Source of the DNA: Octopus vulgaris
Lineage: Eukaryota
Length of the DNA stretch: 64,000 nt
Reading direction: 5' to 3'
NCBI GenBank assembly: GCA_951406725.2
Contig: OX597839.1
Location: 34,844,001-34,908,000 of the forward strand
Shown here: piece after piece, positions 13,156 through 25,900 of the stretch
Position numbering within the stretch: position 1 is the first letter of the stretch
How the letters are laid out: each line of letters begins with the position of its first letter
Position numbers and translations under genes: made by a program
The notes under the pieces: generated by a model
Told to the model about the DNA's origin: nothing
What the model saw: the letters and a program-made list of their open reading frames with translations, nothing else
Database searches by the model: none

Positions 13156-13160
<5 letters not shown>
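12920..13160 (+). mobile_element. Same RTE-like family, inverted relative to the 11560 copy
   Basis: Near-identical reverse complement of 11565-11800. Confidence 0.8.
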
Positions 13161-13219
<59 letters not shown>

Positions 13220-14267
13220 ATGTGTATCTGTATGTATATGTACATGTACGCGTATATGTTTGTGTAAGTATGGGTATTTGCATGTATATGTATTTATTAT
13301 TTGTGTATGCATGTATGTCTGCAACACCTATCTGTGTTCGGTTTGTCCTTACACAGAGGCCATCCGGATTCCCGTTTGCGCCGTGAACAGGAATTAATCT
13401 TCTCTCTTCGCTCTTATACGCCATTTGGTCTCAACTCTCCCCCCTCCTCATCTAACCCCCTCTCCCCCTCCTCACCTATCCTTTCTCCCCCCGACCCCCA
13501 CTTCTTCAGTCCTTCATCCTTTCACCCCTACTCCCCTTCCCTTCTTCCCTCTTTCTCCCTCCCTCTTCCTCTTCCCTCTGCTCCCTCACTCCCTCTCTCC
13601 CCCTCTCCCTCTTTCCTCCTTCATCCCTCTCCTCCCCTTCCTTCTCCCCATCCTCTCCTCTTCACCCTCCCCTCCCCCTCTTCTTCCCCTCCCCTTCTCC
13701 CCCCTCTTCTCCCCTCCCCTCTTCTCCTCACTACACCACATGACTTTACACATCACATCACATATGATGTGCCATACTAATACACACACCAACTAATACA
13801 TACTAATACGTACTAATACATACTAGTACATACTAATACTTACACCAACCCTATACATACACACGTCCAGACCCCGCATACGCACTTATACTCTCTCACA
13901 CACACACACACACACCTATACATACCAATACGTACTAATACATACTAATACATACTAATACATACACCAACCCCATACATACGCACGTCCAGACCAATCC
14001 CACGCACTGATACTCTCTCATACACACACACACACACACACACACCCTTATACATACTAATACATACACCAACCCTATACATACACATCCAGACCCCTCC
14101 CACGCACTTTTAGCTGGTCCCTCAACCCTATTATCTCCCCTTATTTCGCTCTCGCGTCTCATGTTTGATCTTTGACCTCTGGCCGAAATCAGATCGCCAT
14201 GTTGATTCGTTAGCTACTGCACGCATTTTTTTCTCTCCTTCTTTCTGTGTTTTTCTCTCTCTGTGTA

Positions 14268-14305
14268 TCTTTCTGTTGAAGAGCGTAGGCTCGAAACGTT
14301 AAAGA
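14268..14305 (+). ncRNA. Minimal hammerhead-like motif with A6U core variant (element about 14100-14405)
   Basis: UCUUU-CUGUUGA-A-GAGC(GUAG)GCUC-GAAA-C-GUU-AAAGA; relatives at 61086-61120 (+) and 35343-35382 (-). Confidence 0.5.
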
Positions 14306-14425
14306 CTTGTTTTATTTATATTTCCTGAGCGCCATACTAATACAATTGTTCGTTTGTTTTCCACCTGCCTTCGTCTTTTGTTTATTTTCATAAAGCTTCC
14401 CGTTATATATATATATATATGGGTA

Positions 14426-14945
14426 TATCATCATCATCATCATTGTTCGACCGTGGTCGAGACAATGGAATTTACCATGTTGCGCCAGACTTCACGGTCC
14501 ATCATAGCATTACGGAGGTCCTGTTGCTGGATGCCTGTATCCCTGGAGATTACATCAGGGTAGGAGAGTGTGCGCCCTCTGGTATTGCGAGTAGATGGCT
14601 TCCAGAGGAGAAGAGTAGAAATTACTTCTTTTTCAGCTCTACAACAATGTCCAGCAAACTGGACTCTCCTACCTTTCACAAGAGATGACACAGGTGGTAG
14701 TTTCCCATATATTTGCATTTTGGTTGGATGGCGCCTCCACGAGAGATTTTGAGCTCTCATAAGGAGGCGAGTGTAGGTTCCATCCAACCGCCTCTCAAGC
14801 TTCTTTGATAACGTCCAGGTTTCTGAGCCATATAGTAGGATTGGTTCGACTGTGGCTTTGAAGATTTCAATTTTGAAGTCTCTACTTAGATTTGATGACC
14901 AGATCTTATGCATGTCATTACAGGCTGACCAGGCCATATCCTTTC
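14426..14945 (-). mobile_element. RTE-clade LINE 3' fragment (RT C-terminus) with (TGA)n tail
   Basis: ORF 14440-14937 contains VEPILLYGSETWTL...GHC; 5'-truncated; embedded in TA repeats. Confidence 0.9.
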
Positions 14946-15680
14946 TATATACATGGGTATATATATGTATATGTATATGTATATATATATATATGTGTAT
15001 ATGTATATGTATGTGTGTATATGTATGGACTTGTAGATTTTTTTATATATGTATATATATATATGTGTGCGTGTATGTGCGTAGATATGCGTATGTGTAT
15101 TAGTATGTGCATGTGCTTATATATATGTATGTATATATATAGATATATATGGATGTATGTGTATGTAGGTATGTATATGATGGGCGTAAGTATATATGTG
15201 TATGTATATGTAGGTATATACGTATGTGTATGTGTATATATATACATATATATGTATATATATATATATGGACTTGTAGATTTCTGTATGTGTATATATA
15301 TATGTGTATGTGTATGTGTGTAGATATGTATTTGTATGTGCGTATACGTATGTGTATGTACGCGCATGTATGTATATATGTGTGTAGGTACGTATATGTA
15401 GGTATGCTTTTACGTACATGTGTATGCATGCATGTGTGCATATATGTATTTATAAGCGTATGGATGCGTATGTATGTTTATATGCACAAATGTCTGTATA
15501 TAGGCATATGCGTTTATATATGCGGGCAGATGTTTATGTGTGTTTATGTGTACTGAAGTATGTTTATATATGTGGTTTTGTGTGTACATAGTTATGTATA
15601 TGTTTATGTGAAAGTGGGTACATTTATGTATGTATGAATATGTGTATTTGTGTGTGTGTATGTATGTGTATACATATATA

Positions 15681-15731
<51 letters not shown>

Positions 15732-15785
15732 GTGAATTGAAGAAATGGAGTTGAACGAAGATTGAACAGAAATCGTTTTATTGCA

Positions 15786-15865
15786 TTCTACACGTGTTTC
15801 GAAAGGCACAATTTACCAAATTCCGATTGAATAAGGAGACCATATTGTGTCTTTCTCTTCAGGAA
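15786..15865 (-). ncRNA. Type I hammerhead ribozyme motif
   Basis: UUC-CUGAAGA-GAAAGACACAAU...AUUGUGCCUUUC-GAAA-C-ACGU-GUA-GAA; 12-bp stem II with one mismatch; palindromic stem III. Confidence 0.75.
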
Positions 15866-16296
15866 GAAATAGGAAATCCGTTGGAAAAAACAAAAACAGA
15901 ACAGAGGCGGAGCAAAACAAATCGCCTCTGTCCCCCTAGCTTTTCCGTTTACATTACTATGAACGGATGCACTGAAGAAGCACGGACATTTGGATTGCAT
16001 ATGTAATTCTCTTGTTAAGGCTGAAACCGAGGTATGCATTTAATTCTGTTTTTTATATAAATTTTCATCTGTCATGCCCGCCAAAATTGGTTCTGGTGTT
16101 CGCTGTATTTTTCCTCTAGAGAATTTCCTTGTAGTTTGACCGTTGATGGTCTATTTCTAGCATATGGCCGACTCCCTAGCAGTAAGCCCTGCCAATATAC
16201 ACATATATTAGAATTTTCTCTGACTCCTCAGATTTTTGTATGCTGGACTACTGGTTTTAAATTGATATTAAAATTTATATTAATTTATCTCCCTCA

Positions 16297-16362
<66 letters not shown>

Positions 16363-16391
16363 TTACACATATATACATGTATATATATATA

Positions 16392-16703
16392 TCCACCGTG
16401 ACCACCGTGAACGATCAGGCTATCAGATGTTGTTACACATCGCTGGTCACAATGCACTTCGCATTGTTTTTTAGCCTTTAGATGACGCCACCCCACTGGC
16501 TAAGCAAGCAGGCCAACAGTAGAAAGAGTGAGAGAAAGTTGTGGCGAAAGTGTACAGCAGGGATCGCCACCAACCCCTGCCAGAGCCTCGTGAAGCTTTA
16601 GGTGTTTGCGCTCAATAAACACTCACAACGCCCGGTCTGGGAATCGAAACCGCGATCCTACGACCGCGAGACACTGCCCTAACCACTGGGCCATTGTGCC
16701 TCC
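16392..16703 (-). mobile_element. tRNA-Arg-derived SINE, tail type A (OR-like)
   Basis: Head GGAGGC(A/G)CAATGGCCCAGTGGTTAGGGCAG...CTCGCGG...GGTTTCGATTCCC; same tail as 39992-40270. Confidence 0.8.
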
Positions 16704-17279
16704 ACACACACACACATATATATATATTTACATGTTTATGTGTGTGTGTGTGTGTGTGAATGTTTGTTTGTGTGTGTGTGTGTGTGTGTGAGAGCATTTC
16801 ACTGTCTCTACCTGTCTGGCGAGTGATGCGAACTGAGACCCTGGCCCTTGACCCAGTTCCTTTCAGCAACTCGGTGGCATTGTGCCAGCGGGCCATGTCA
16901 TATGAGTGCGTCAAATGTTTAAGACTCTTCACAATAGAATGGCCTAGTAAGGACAAACATAAACAAAATGGGTTTCTGGCGGGCTTTTCCTTTTATCATC
17001 ATTGCCTTCTTAAACGGTTTCTTTGTCTCACCCACGCTATAACTGTTATGTAATCATATAAATTCTTTCATTCTTTTACTTGTTTCAGTCATTTGACTGT
17101 GGCCATGCTGGAGCAGTAACTCGAAGAGTTTTAGTTCACTGGAGCATCTACCTCCATTGCTGGCATGGTGATCTCGATAACGGAAGCTATCAACTATTTT
17201 AGGTGTCCCCCTTGAAGCACAGTGCCAGAAGCATTGTGTCCAGTGGTGGCTCATAGATAAAATTAGTTGGGGTGTTATG

Positions 17280-17910
17280 GTTGTGAGCTGGCAGAAACGT
17301 TAGCATGCCGGGTAAAATACTTTTTGGTATTTCGTCTGCCGCTGCGTTCTGAGTTCAAATTCCGCCAAGGTTGACTTTGTCTTTCATCCTTTCGGGGTCG
17401 ATAAATTAAGTACCAGTTACGCACTGGGGCTGATGTAGCCGACTTAATCCGTTTGTCTGTCCTTGTTTGTCCTCTCTGTGTTTAGCCCCTTGTGGGTAGT
17501 AAAGAAATAGGTAATTCATCTGTCTTTACGTTCTGAGTTCAAATTCTGCCAAGGTCGACTTTACCTTTTATCCTTTCATGGTCAATAAATTAAGTACCAG
17601 TTGTGTACTGGAGTCAGTCTAATCGACTGGCTTTCTCTCCAAAAATTTCAGGCCTTGTGCCTAGAGAAGAAAAGAATATTTTAGTATTAAGAAGATGGTG
17701 AGCTGGCAGAAATGTTAGCACGCCGGGCGAAATGCTTAGTGGTATTTCATCTGTCTTGACATTCTGAGTTCAAACTCTGCTGAGGTCAACTTTGCCTTTC
17801 ATCCTTTCGAGGTCGATAAATTAAGTACCAGTTGCATACTGGGGTCAAGTGAATTAACTGTCTCCTTTCCCAAAAATTTTGAGTCATGTGATTAGAGTAG
17901 AAAAAAAAAG
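17280..17910 (+). mobile_element. Three tandem tRNA-SINE copies with a Nin/Deu-like middle domain
   Basis: Repeated GCCTTTCATCCTTTCGGGGTCGATAAATTAAGTACC; another copy at 58950-59189 (-). Confidence 0.75.
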
Positions 17911-17983
17911 ATAAAATTATTCGGGGTGCTGCTTCAGAAAATGTTTAGCCATTGGTTTAATTTTGTGTAAAAAGAAACAAACA

Positions 17984-18318
17984 TAAGTAAAAAAAACTAT
18001 GTACGTTTCATAGCTACAATTAAATTCGAATTACAATTAAATTTAAATTCAGTTTAAAATTATAGTCAATCTTCAGGTTAACTATAAAAGTTAAATAAAT
18101 AAGCAAATACAGTTAAACAATATTTATTTGAAAATAAATAAAATAATAATTTTTCTTGTAGAAAAAACACCATTAACTAAATTTGAAACTTAAAACATTA
18201 GGTTTAATTCCTACAACACATTTATTATGTTAATATATAATATTTCAATTGTATTTAAATTTAATTGAAACTTGAATTTAATTGTAGCCATGAAACATAC
18301 GTAGTTTTTTTTACTTAT
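17984..18318. mobile_element. AT-rich MITE with about 80-bp TIRs
   Basis: ATAAGTAAAAAAAACTATGTACGTTTCATAGCTACAATTAAATTC...GAATTTAATTGTAGCCATGAAACATACGTAGTTTTTTTACTTAT. Confidence 0.7.
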
Positions 18319-18469
18319 TATATATTGATCATTCATTTTTATACTTTTTGAGATCTAGTTATATGTTTTATAAAAATATATTTTTTTTTATTTATGATTT
18401 GGTTTATGCCTATCATTGTTTGAATTGCATAATAGTGGTTTTTTTCTGTAATTTATATATATATATATA

Positions 18470-18887
18470 TGCGCAGGAGTGGCTGTGTGGTAAGTAGCTT
18501 GCTAACCAACCACATGGTTCCGGGTTCAGTCCCACTGTGTGGCACCTTGGGCAAGTGTCTTCTGCTATAGACCCGGGCCGACCAATGCCTTGTGAGTGGA
18601 TTTGGTAGACGGAAACTGAAAGAAGCCCGTCGTATATATGTATATATATATATGAGTGTGTGTATGTGTTTGTGTTTGTGTGTCTGTGTTTGTCCCCCTA
18701 GCATTGCTTGACAACCGATGCTGGTGTGTTCACGTCCCCCGTCACTTAGCGGTTCGGCAAAAGAGACCGATAGAATAAGTACTGGGCTTACAAAGAATAA
18801 GTCCCGGAGTCGATTTGCTCGACTAAAAAAGGTGGTGCTCCAGCATGGCCGCAGTCAAATGACTGAAACAAGTAAAAGAGTAAAAGA

Positions 18888-18888
<1 letters not shown>
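18470..18888 (+). mobile_element. Full-length S1 SINE
   Basis: Head GCGCAGGAGTGGCTGTGTGGTAAG...GGTTCAGTCCC, CORE-like CCTTGGGCAAGTG, central TA/TG run, tail (TAAAAGAG)n. More than 20 copies or fragments in the window (e.g. 24288-24684, 51470-51873, 53477-53845, 58038-58448). Confidence 0.9.
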
Positions 18889-18943
<55 letters not shown>

Positions 18944-19579
18944 ATATATATGTGTGTATGTATGTATATAATTTCAAGGGCAAGCCTGAATTTGATAATT
19001 CTCTCTTTGTTTAATCTCTGTTCGTTTTGTCTGTCCCGTCCTTTCTCTTGCTGTGAAGTTAGTTCACTTCTCTTCTGGTCAGCCATTGCACTGGTTCACA
19101 TGAAACTTTTATCTCCCTGTTTTTCTCTTTCCTTCATTCTCGTTCTCATGTTATATATTATTGTTTGTCTATTGTGTTGCAGCAATGAGAATATGTACAT
19201 ACACACACACATACATATATATATACTCTTTTACTCTTTTATTTGTTTCAGTCATTTGACTGCGGCCATGCTGGAGCACCGCCTTCAGTCGAGCAAATCG
19301 ACCCCGGGACTTATTCTTTGTAAGCACAGTACTTACTTGACTTTGTTGTCTTATTTTATCTAACACACACACACAGTCACACACATACATTTATTTATAT
19401 ATATATATTTTTTATTTTGACTACACATGCATAAGCACTGGGGAACTGCAGTACTCCCTATTTCTACTCGATATTATTCAATATAATGAGTCCTTCTTTC
19501 TTTATACTTGCACATTATATAACCCTTAAGCTTAATGTCAGTAACCATCCCCTAGTTTATGAAAAAAATACAGTTCCAG

Positions 19580-20400
19580 CGATGCAGTGCTTCACTTTTG
19601 TGCTCATGCTCACATGTCTGAGATAGGAAGCTGCACACTAGGAAGAGAGAGTACTGTTGTTAACGCAGTAGGGTCAGTTGGGCACAGTCTGTGAGAAAAA
19701 CCACACCATAACACAATTCATTCTGCCATAAATTTGAAAGCAACATGCTGTACTACTTTGCATTTGTGCCAGAAGCTCTGATACGAACATTTCGGAGTGC
19801 TTGGGCGTCAATCTGAGGACATGTACCAAGAGTGATAAAAATCAAACATCCAGTCAACATCATGGTGTTTGGAGTGATCACTAGTGATGGTGACGTTATG
19901 CCTCCACTCATCTTCCCACATGGCCTCAGGCTCAACACGGAGGCCTACATCAAGTACCTGGAGGAGGTGGTGCTACTCTGGGTAAAGAGGGTGGCTGCTG
20001 GAAGACCTTAATGTGTGGCAACAGGACTCATGCCACACAAGCAGGAGAACCCAGGAATGGCTTTCAGACAATTTCTGCGACCACATCACCCCTAACATCT
20101 GGCCACCCGACTCCCCAGACTGCAACCCCCTTGATTATTATGTGTGGGGCGCAGTTGAGCGAGAAACCAACAAAACTTGTAACAGCAAAGATGAACTGAA
20201 GGCAAGGATTATGGCAGCATTCGCCAACTTAAATAAGGAGACTGTCCTGAAGAATTGCAGAAGATTCCGAAGTCGTCTGGAGGCCGTGGTTGAAGCCAAC
20301 GGCGATTTTATTGAATAAATTTACTTTTTATTATTTCAAGATATTTTTATGTAATTTTGGTAAATATATCTGTTAAAATGAGATGTCAGTGTTATTTTCA
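19580..20400 (+). pseudogene. Degenerate maT/DD37D-type Tc1-mariner transposase
   Basis: VMVFG-like motif near 19860, then WQQDS..HT...WPPDSPDCNPLDYYVWG (ORF 20013-20318). D-D spacing is 35, or 37 if the usual AP after QQDS was deleted. Confidence 0.8.
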
Positions 20401-20458
20401 TTTTTACATATACATATACATATATATATATATATATATCTTAGATGCAGCACAAAGC

Positions 20459-20509
20459 TTTGTCAGTGAACAGGTTGCGGTCTGAAAGCGCCGAAAATAT
20501 TTTGACAAA
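20459..20509 (+). ncRNA. Hammerhead-like motif with G3:C8 core swap, copy 2
   Basis: UUUGUCA-GUGAACA-G-GUUGC(loop)GCGCC-GAAA-AUAU-UU-UGACAAA; perfect 7-bp stem I. Confidence 0.6.
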
Positions 20510-20567
20510 TTAAATTTAAATGTTGAAGTGAATCTAACGGTTTTTGTGTATTTCTTAAATGGCTTAT

Positions 20568-20617
<50 letters not shown>

Positions 20618-20797
20618 GTAAACCAATTTCAACAGATTTCACCCAAATTTGACGTTGATATTACTTAGTTTGGTTTGAAATAAAGAATTTGATTAGCTTA
20701 ATAATCGTAACTTAATCCCGGGGAAAGCCAGATTATACTGCTAGTATATATATATAATATATGTGTATATGGGTGTGTGTGTATATATATATATGTG

Positions 20798-20832
<35 letters not shown>

Positions 20833-21468
20833 ATATGGGAGCGTGTGTGTATGGGGGTGTATATCCCCTTTTTATATACATGTGTGTAGACATATATAAG
20901 TGTATGTATGAGTATGGGTATGGGCGTGTACGTAGATACATGTATATGGGTACATATGTACATGTGTATATGGGTGTATGTGTACGTATGTGTATGTGTA
21001 TATATGTATACGTCTATGTATGTATATATGTGTGTATATGTATGTATGTATATGTACACATAGGTGTAGGTGTGTGTGTGTATGTGTATATGTACATGTG
21101 TGTGCATATATATATATATATGTATATATATATGTATATGTATATATATATGTATATGTATAAGTGAGAGTCTCCTTATTTACCTAAAACTCTATTTTTC
21201 TATTTATTCTTTTATTCTTTTATTTATTCTTTTATCTATGTATATGTATATGTATATATATATGGATATGTATAAGTGAGAGTCTCCTTATTTACCTAAA
21301 ACTCTATTTTTCTATTTATTCTTTTATTCTTTTATCTATTCTTTTATCTACTTTACCACCGATTCCTTTGACCACTCCCCTAAGAATGATAGTTTGCGCC
21401 ATGCCTACCCCAAAAAGTCCCTTTAAACCTGCCTAAATGTATAAATGCCAAAACTACTCTTGTCACCT

Positions 21469-21519
21469 AGCTTCCTGACGATTTCTTTTGAATGAAACAG
21501 TTCTAGTCCTGTAGAAGCT
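21469..21519 (+). ncRNA. Type I hammerhead ribozyme motif with full stem III
   Basis: AGCUUC-CUGACGA-UUUC(UUUU)GAAU-GAAA-CAG(UUCUAGUC)CUG-UA-GAAGCU. Confidence 0.75.
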
Positions 21520-21625
21520 CCTTCTATAAAATAAATTAATTTACTCTGCTATGTATTGAGTACCTTATTTACTGTGGTTAACCCCGACTCAACCCGGGAC
21601 CTACATATATATATATATATATATA

Positions 21626-22127
21626 CAGTGGTTGGACAAAATAATGGAAACACCTTAAAATTTCAAGCAAATTTATTTTAATATAGGATAGGATTGCCTT
21701 TGGCAGTAATTACAGCTTATATTCTATGAGGCATGGACCTGTACAAAGTTTGAAATATTTCCAAAGGAATTTTTGTCCATTCTTCAGCTAAAACAGTCTC
21801 CAGTTCTTGTAGTGATGTTGGTGGAGGATATCTTGTTTTTCTAAAATGCACCATAAATGTTCAATAATATTGAGATCTGGGGACTGTGGTGGCCAGATAA
21901 GATGTTCAACTTCACTAGAATGTTCCTCGTGCCATTCAGTAACAACTTTAGCTGTGTGAATTGGTGCATTATCATCCTGAAATATTGTTTCTGGAGGGAA
22001 ACAGTTCCACAACCGTAGGATGAATTTGATCAGATAAAATGCATAAATAGTCTTGACTATTAATTCTGCCACAAAGGGAAACCATTTGGCCGGCAGATTT
22101 CCAAGATATAGCCTGCCAGATTATGAC
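21626..22127 (-). mobile_element. Tc1 (DD34E) right end, inverted paralogue of 31390-31895
   Basis: TA plus TIR CAGTGGTTGGACAAAATAATGGAAACACC; ORF 21788-22072 FQDDNAPIH...WPPQSPDLNIIEHLW. Confidence 0.9.
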
Positions 22128-22236
22128 AAAACAATGTCCATGATAACACTTCCAATCAGTTAAGATCAGAAGCCATGAGGGCCACTGCCTGGTACTACAT
22201 CAGGGCATTTATTATAATCATCATCATCATCATTAT

Positions 22237-22380
22237 TCGTGTCACTGCCTGGAATTGAAATCAGAATCTTAGGGTTAGTAGCCCGTGCTCTTAACCACTA
22301 TGCCATATGCCCATGGGCATAGTGGTTAAGAGCGCAGGCTACTAACCCCAAGATTCAGAGTTCGATTTCAGGCAGTGACA

Positions 22381-22437
<57 letters not shown>

Positions 22438-22585
22438 GCAACATTGAAAAATACCTTAGGATTGAGGACCCAGATTCTAAATTTCTCCAAGACACCTGAT
22501 GAAGTCTGGAGAAAATATCAGCTCAAACACGTTAACAACAAACGAGATGAGGACAAATATCCATCAAATGTAAATAATGTACATA
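22237..22585. mobile_element. Head-to-head pair of tRNA-derived SINE heads; + copy has (AAT)n and a decayed HHR-like tail
   Basis: 22237-22312 is the reverse complement of 22315-22385 (AGTGGTTAAGAGC...GTTCGATT); ACAC-CTGATGA-A at 22492-22503. Confidence 0.6.
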
Positions 22586-24481
22586 ATTCCTCATCTCTTA
22601 AATATAGGACTATATTCAATTTCAGTGTTTATCCATAACGTTGTTGCTTTTACACCTGTTAATTAAATTTACCTGCCCATAAAAGTCAAATTAACTCAGC
22701 AAGATCAGCTAAAATTACTTAACTATAAACCAGTGGTATATAAAGCACCCACTGACAAAATCTCCAAATAAATCTTACTCTTTACTCTTTTACTTGTTTC
22801 AGTCATTTGACTGTGGTCATGCTGGAGCACCACCTTTAGTCGAGGAAATGGACCCCAGGAATTATTCTTTGTAAGCCTAGTACTTATTCTATCAGTCTCT
22901 TAAGCTGAACTGCTAAGTTACGGGGACGTAAACACACCAGCATTGGTTGTCAAGCGATGTTGGGAAGACAAACACAGACACACAAACATACACACACACA
23001 TACATATATATACATATATACGATGAGCTTCTTTCAGTTTCCGTCTACCAAATCCACTCACAATGATTTGGTTGGCCCGAAGCTATAGTAGAAGACACTT
23101 GCCCAAGGTGCCACGTAGTGGGACTGAACCCTGAACCACGTGGTCGGTAAGCAAGCTCCTTACCACACAGCCACTCCTGCAACTATTGTCTATTTTTTTT
23201 CTTTTCCATAATATTAATCATTTTCAAATTGATTTCATGTTTCGTGACACATTTTAAGCCACTCAGATTGATCCAGAATATAACTTTCCCAAAATATTTA
23301 GTCTTAGTGATTCTTTCAGCTCATCCTTATAACTTAGCAGGCAGTCTACCACACAATCTCTTTGCTTCAGGGCCACTTAATGTATTGGGATAGTTTTCAT
23401 ACAATAATATTGTCCAAGCTTTAAAAACCAAAAACACAGAACTTTTTGTTTTATCAACCTTCGCCACATCCTTCTCCATAATCACAAGAAGTTGAAGTAG
23501 CATGGATTATAAAACCTGGAGTAGTCATTCGCTGAAAATATCAAGTGATCCTGTTTGTCGCTTCTTTATATATTATTCCAGTTTATAAAACAGCTGAACG
23601 GAAGAACGCAGAGAAATTAAACGGAATTTGTCTCTCAGAACTTAATATTCATTTTTCACTGACGTTATTACTGTTATTTCTTTATTTTCTACAGACAAAA
23701 TGTACAAATAAGCTACATGTTTGCCTCATGTTATATATACAATAATAATAAAAGACCTTACCAAAAACATTTTTACAAACCAAAGACATTATATAGACCT
23801 CCTTGACTCAAGTTAGAGAAGGGGTGCGTATTATACACAAAGTTTAGGTTTTTCAGAGGTAAAGCCCCATAAAGATCCCCTGCGTATTATACTCAAGGGC
23901 GGGCTATACTTGAGGGTGTATGGTAATTAAAAAATAAGAGAGACATACATACATTTATACATACACACACACAAATACATCTGTCTATACATACACACAT
24001 ACATGCATGCATAGATACATACATGTATAAATATGCGAGCCTACACACACACACTGGCATGCACACACATGCACACAACAAGGTCTCAGACAGACAATTG
24101 CAGCCTCTTTAGCAGACTAGGACACTGCAAAGTCCCAGGAAAGTTTGCAGATAGCAACAAAACAGCTTTGACAAAAACAACGAAACAATAAAAAAACAAA
24201 TGATTTATTGTTTAACCCCTTAGAGAAGGATTTAGTGGTGACGGTTTGTGCTGTGTCCCCGGTATTAGGCCGTTCAGCAACTCTCTCTCTTTTACTCTTT
24301 TACTTGTTTCAGTCATTTGACTGCACCCATGCTGGAGCACCGCCTTTAGTCGATCAAATCGACCCCGGGACTTATTCTTTGTAAGCCCAGTACTTATTCT
24401 ATCGGTCTCTTTTGCCAAACCGCTAAGTGACGGGGACATAAACACACCAGCATCGGTTGTCAAGCAATGCTAGGGGGACAA

Positions 24482-24512
<31 letters not shown>

Positions 24513-25179
24513 CATATATACGACAGGCGTCTTTCAGTTTCCGTCTACCAAATCCACTCACAAGGCATTGGTCGGCCCGAGGCTATAGCAGAAGACACTT
24601 GCCCAAGATGCCACGCAGTGGGACTGAACCCACAACCATGTGGTTGGTTAGCAAGCTACTTACCACACAGCCACTCCTGTGCCTATATAATTATACATAC
24701 AAGGAACTTGACAGACTCTTCTTAGTGTGGCATATTTGAAAACATGGTGTCGTGCAGAGCGAGACATCACACTGCTCACACACCCAGTGTTTTGATGTGA
24801 TCAGTACTGCTTTCTGTCTGCAAGAGCTTAAACCAAGTTAAACAAATAATTGTTTTGTTAGTTGGATATTTAACCAATTGACTAAAAATAGAGAAAGGCA
24901 ATTGAATCAAGGAGTGTGTTAATAACACTGGCTTTAATGACTCACCCTATTCACCACAAAATGTATGTATGTCATTATCCAGTTTTATTTCAGGATTTCC
25001 GGCCAATAGAGAAACAGCTGGTTTCTAACCGCGATCCAAGAGGGTCAAGAGGGTATCGTTGTAAGTATGTATGTATACTTTCCATAGAATAAACAAAAAT
25101 ATTACTTGCTTTTCATATAATGTGTGGTTAGTTGAACCTTGATTTTAGGTCAGTGACATGTGTTTGTATTGTATTGTAT

Positions 25180-25900
25180 TGGCATCCTTTCTGTCTCGGG
25201 AGACAATGGAGTTGCGCATGAAGTAATCTAGTCCGGCTTTTACATTTCATGTCCTGATACATTTCCTGCTGTGGCTGTGTAGTCCTATCCTGGACAAACA
25301 CTCCCTCTGGCAGGTACCTCAAATGTAGCGAAGACTGTTCCTGGCTGGTTGTAATGCCATAGTTTCTTGTTGACGTCTTTTCTTGTCTTTCCATTTCTCC
25401 TCTCTCTCTCTGTCACACCTTTGTATTCCCTCTTTTACGGTACGTCGCCATTATCCACGGTTGCCGGCAACTGCCTCCCAACCGCTAATATTGATGTTGC
25501 AGGCCTTCATGTCCCTTTTGCAAACATCCTTGTAGCGTAAGATCGGTCTACCCACAGACCTAGTACCCCTAGCAAGCTCTCCGTAGAGTATGTCCTTGGG
25601 GATTCTGCCATCTTTCATACGGCTAACATGCCCAAGCCATCTCATACGTCTTTGTGTGAGGAGTGCAAACATGCTTGGTATTCCTGCTTGCCTGAGGACA
25701 TCTTTGTTGGGGATATGATTCTGCCATTTGATGCGGAGGATTTTTCGGAGGCAGCGCAGGTGAAAGATGTTTAGGCGATGCTCTTGGCGTGTGTATAGCG
25801 TCCAGGTTTCACTTCCATACAGTAGAGTGCTGAGTAGACATGCCTGGTAGATCTTCATTTTCGTGGTCTTGGTCAGCTTATTGCTGTCCCAAGCCCGTTT
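25180..25900 (-). mobile_element. RTE/BovB-like LINE 3' fragment
   Basis: ORF 25451-25858 LLYGSETWT...RWLGHVSRM.DGRIPKDILYGEL; the same 3' end recurs at 34200-34505. Confidence 0.9.

Noticed and set aside
24212-24739. Recurrent ORFs such as [12 protein letters not shown]...RRHLPK and AKETDRIST
   Set aside because: They are chance frames of the S1 SINE, appearing wherever the SINE does.
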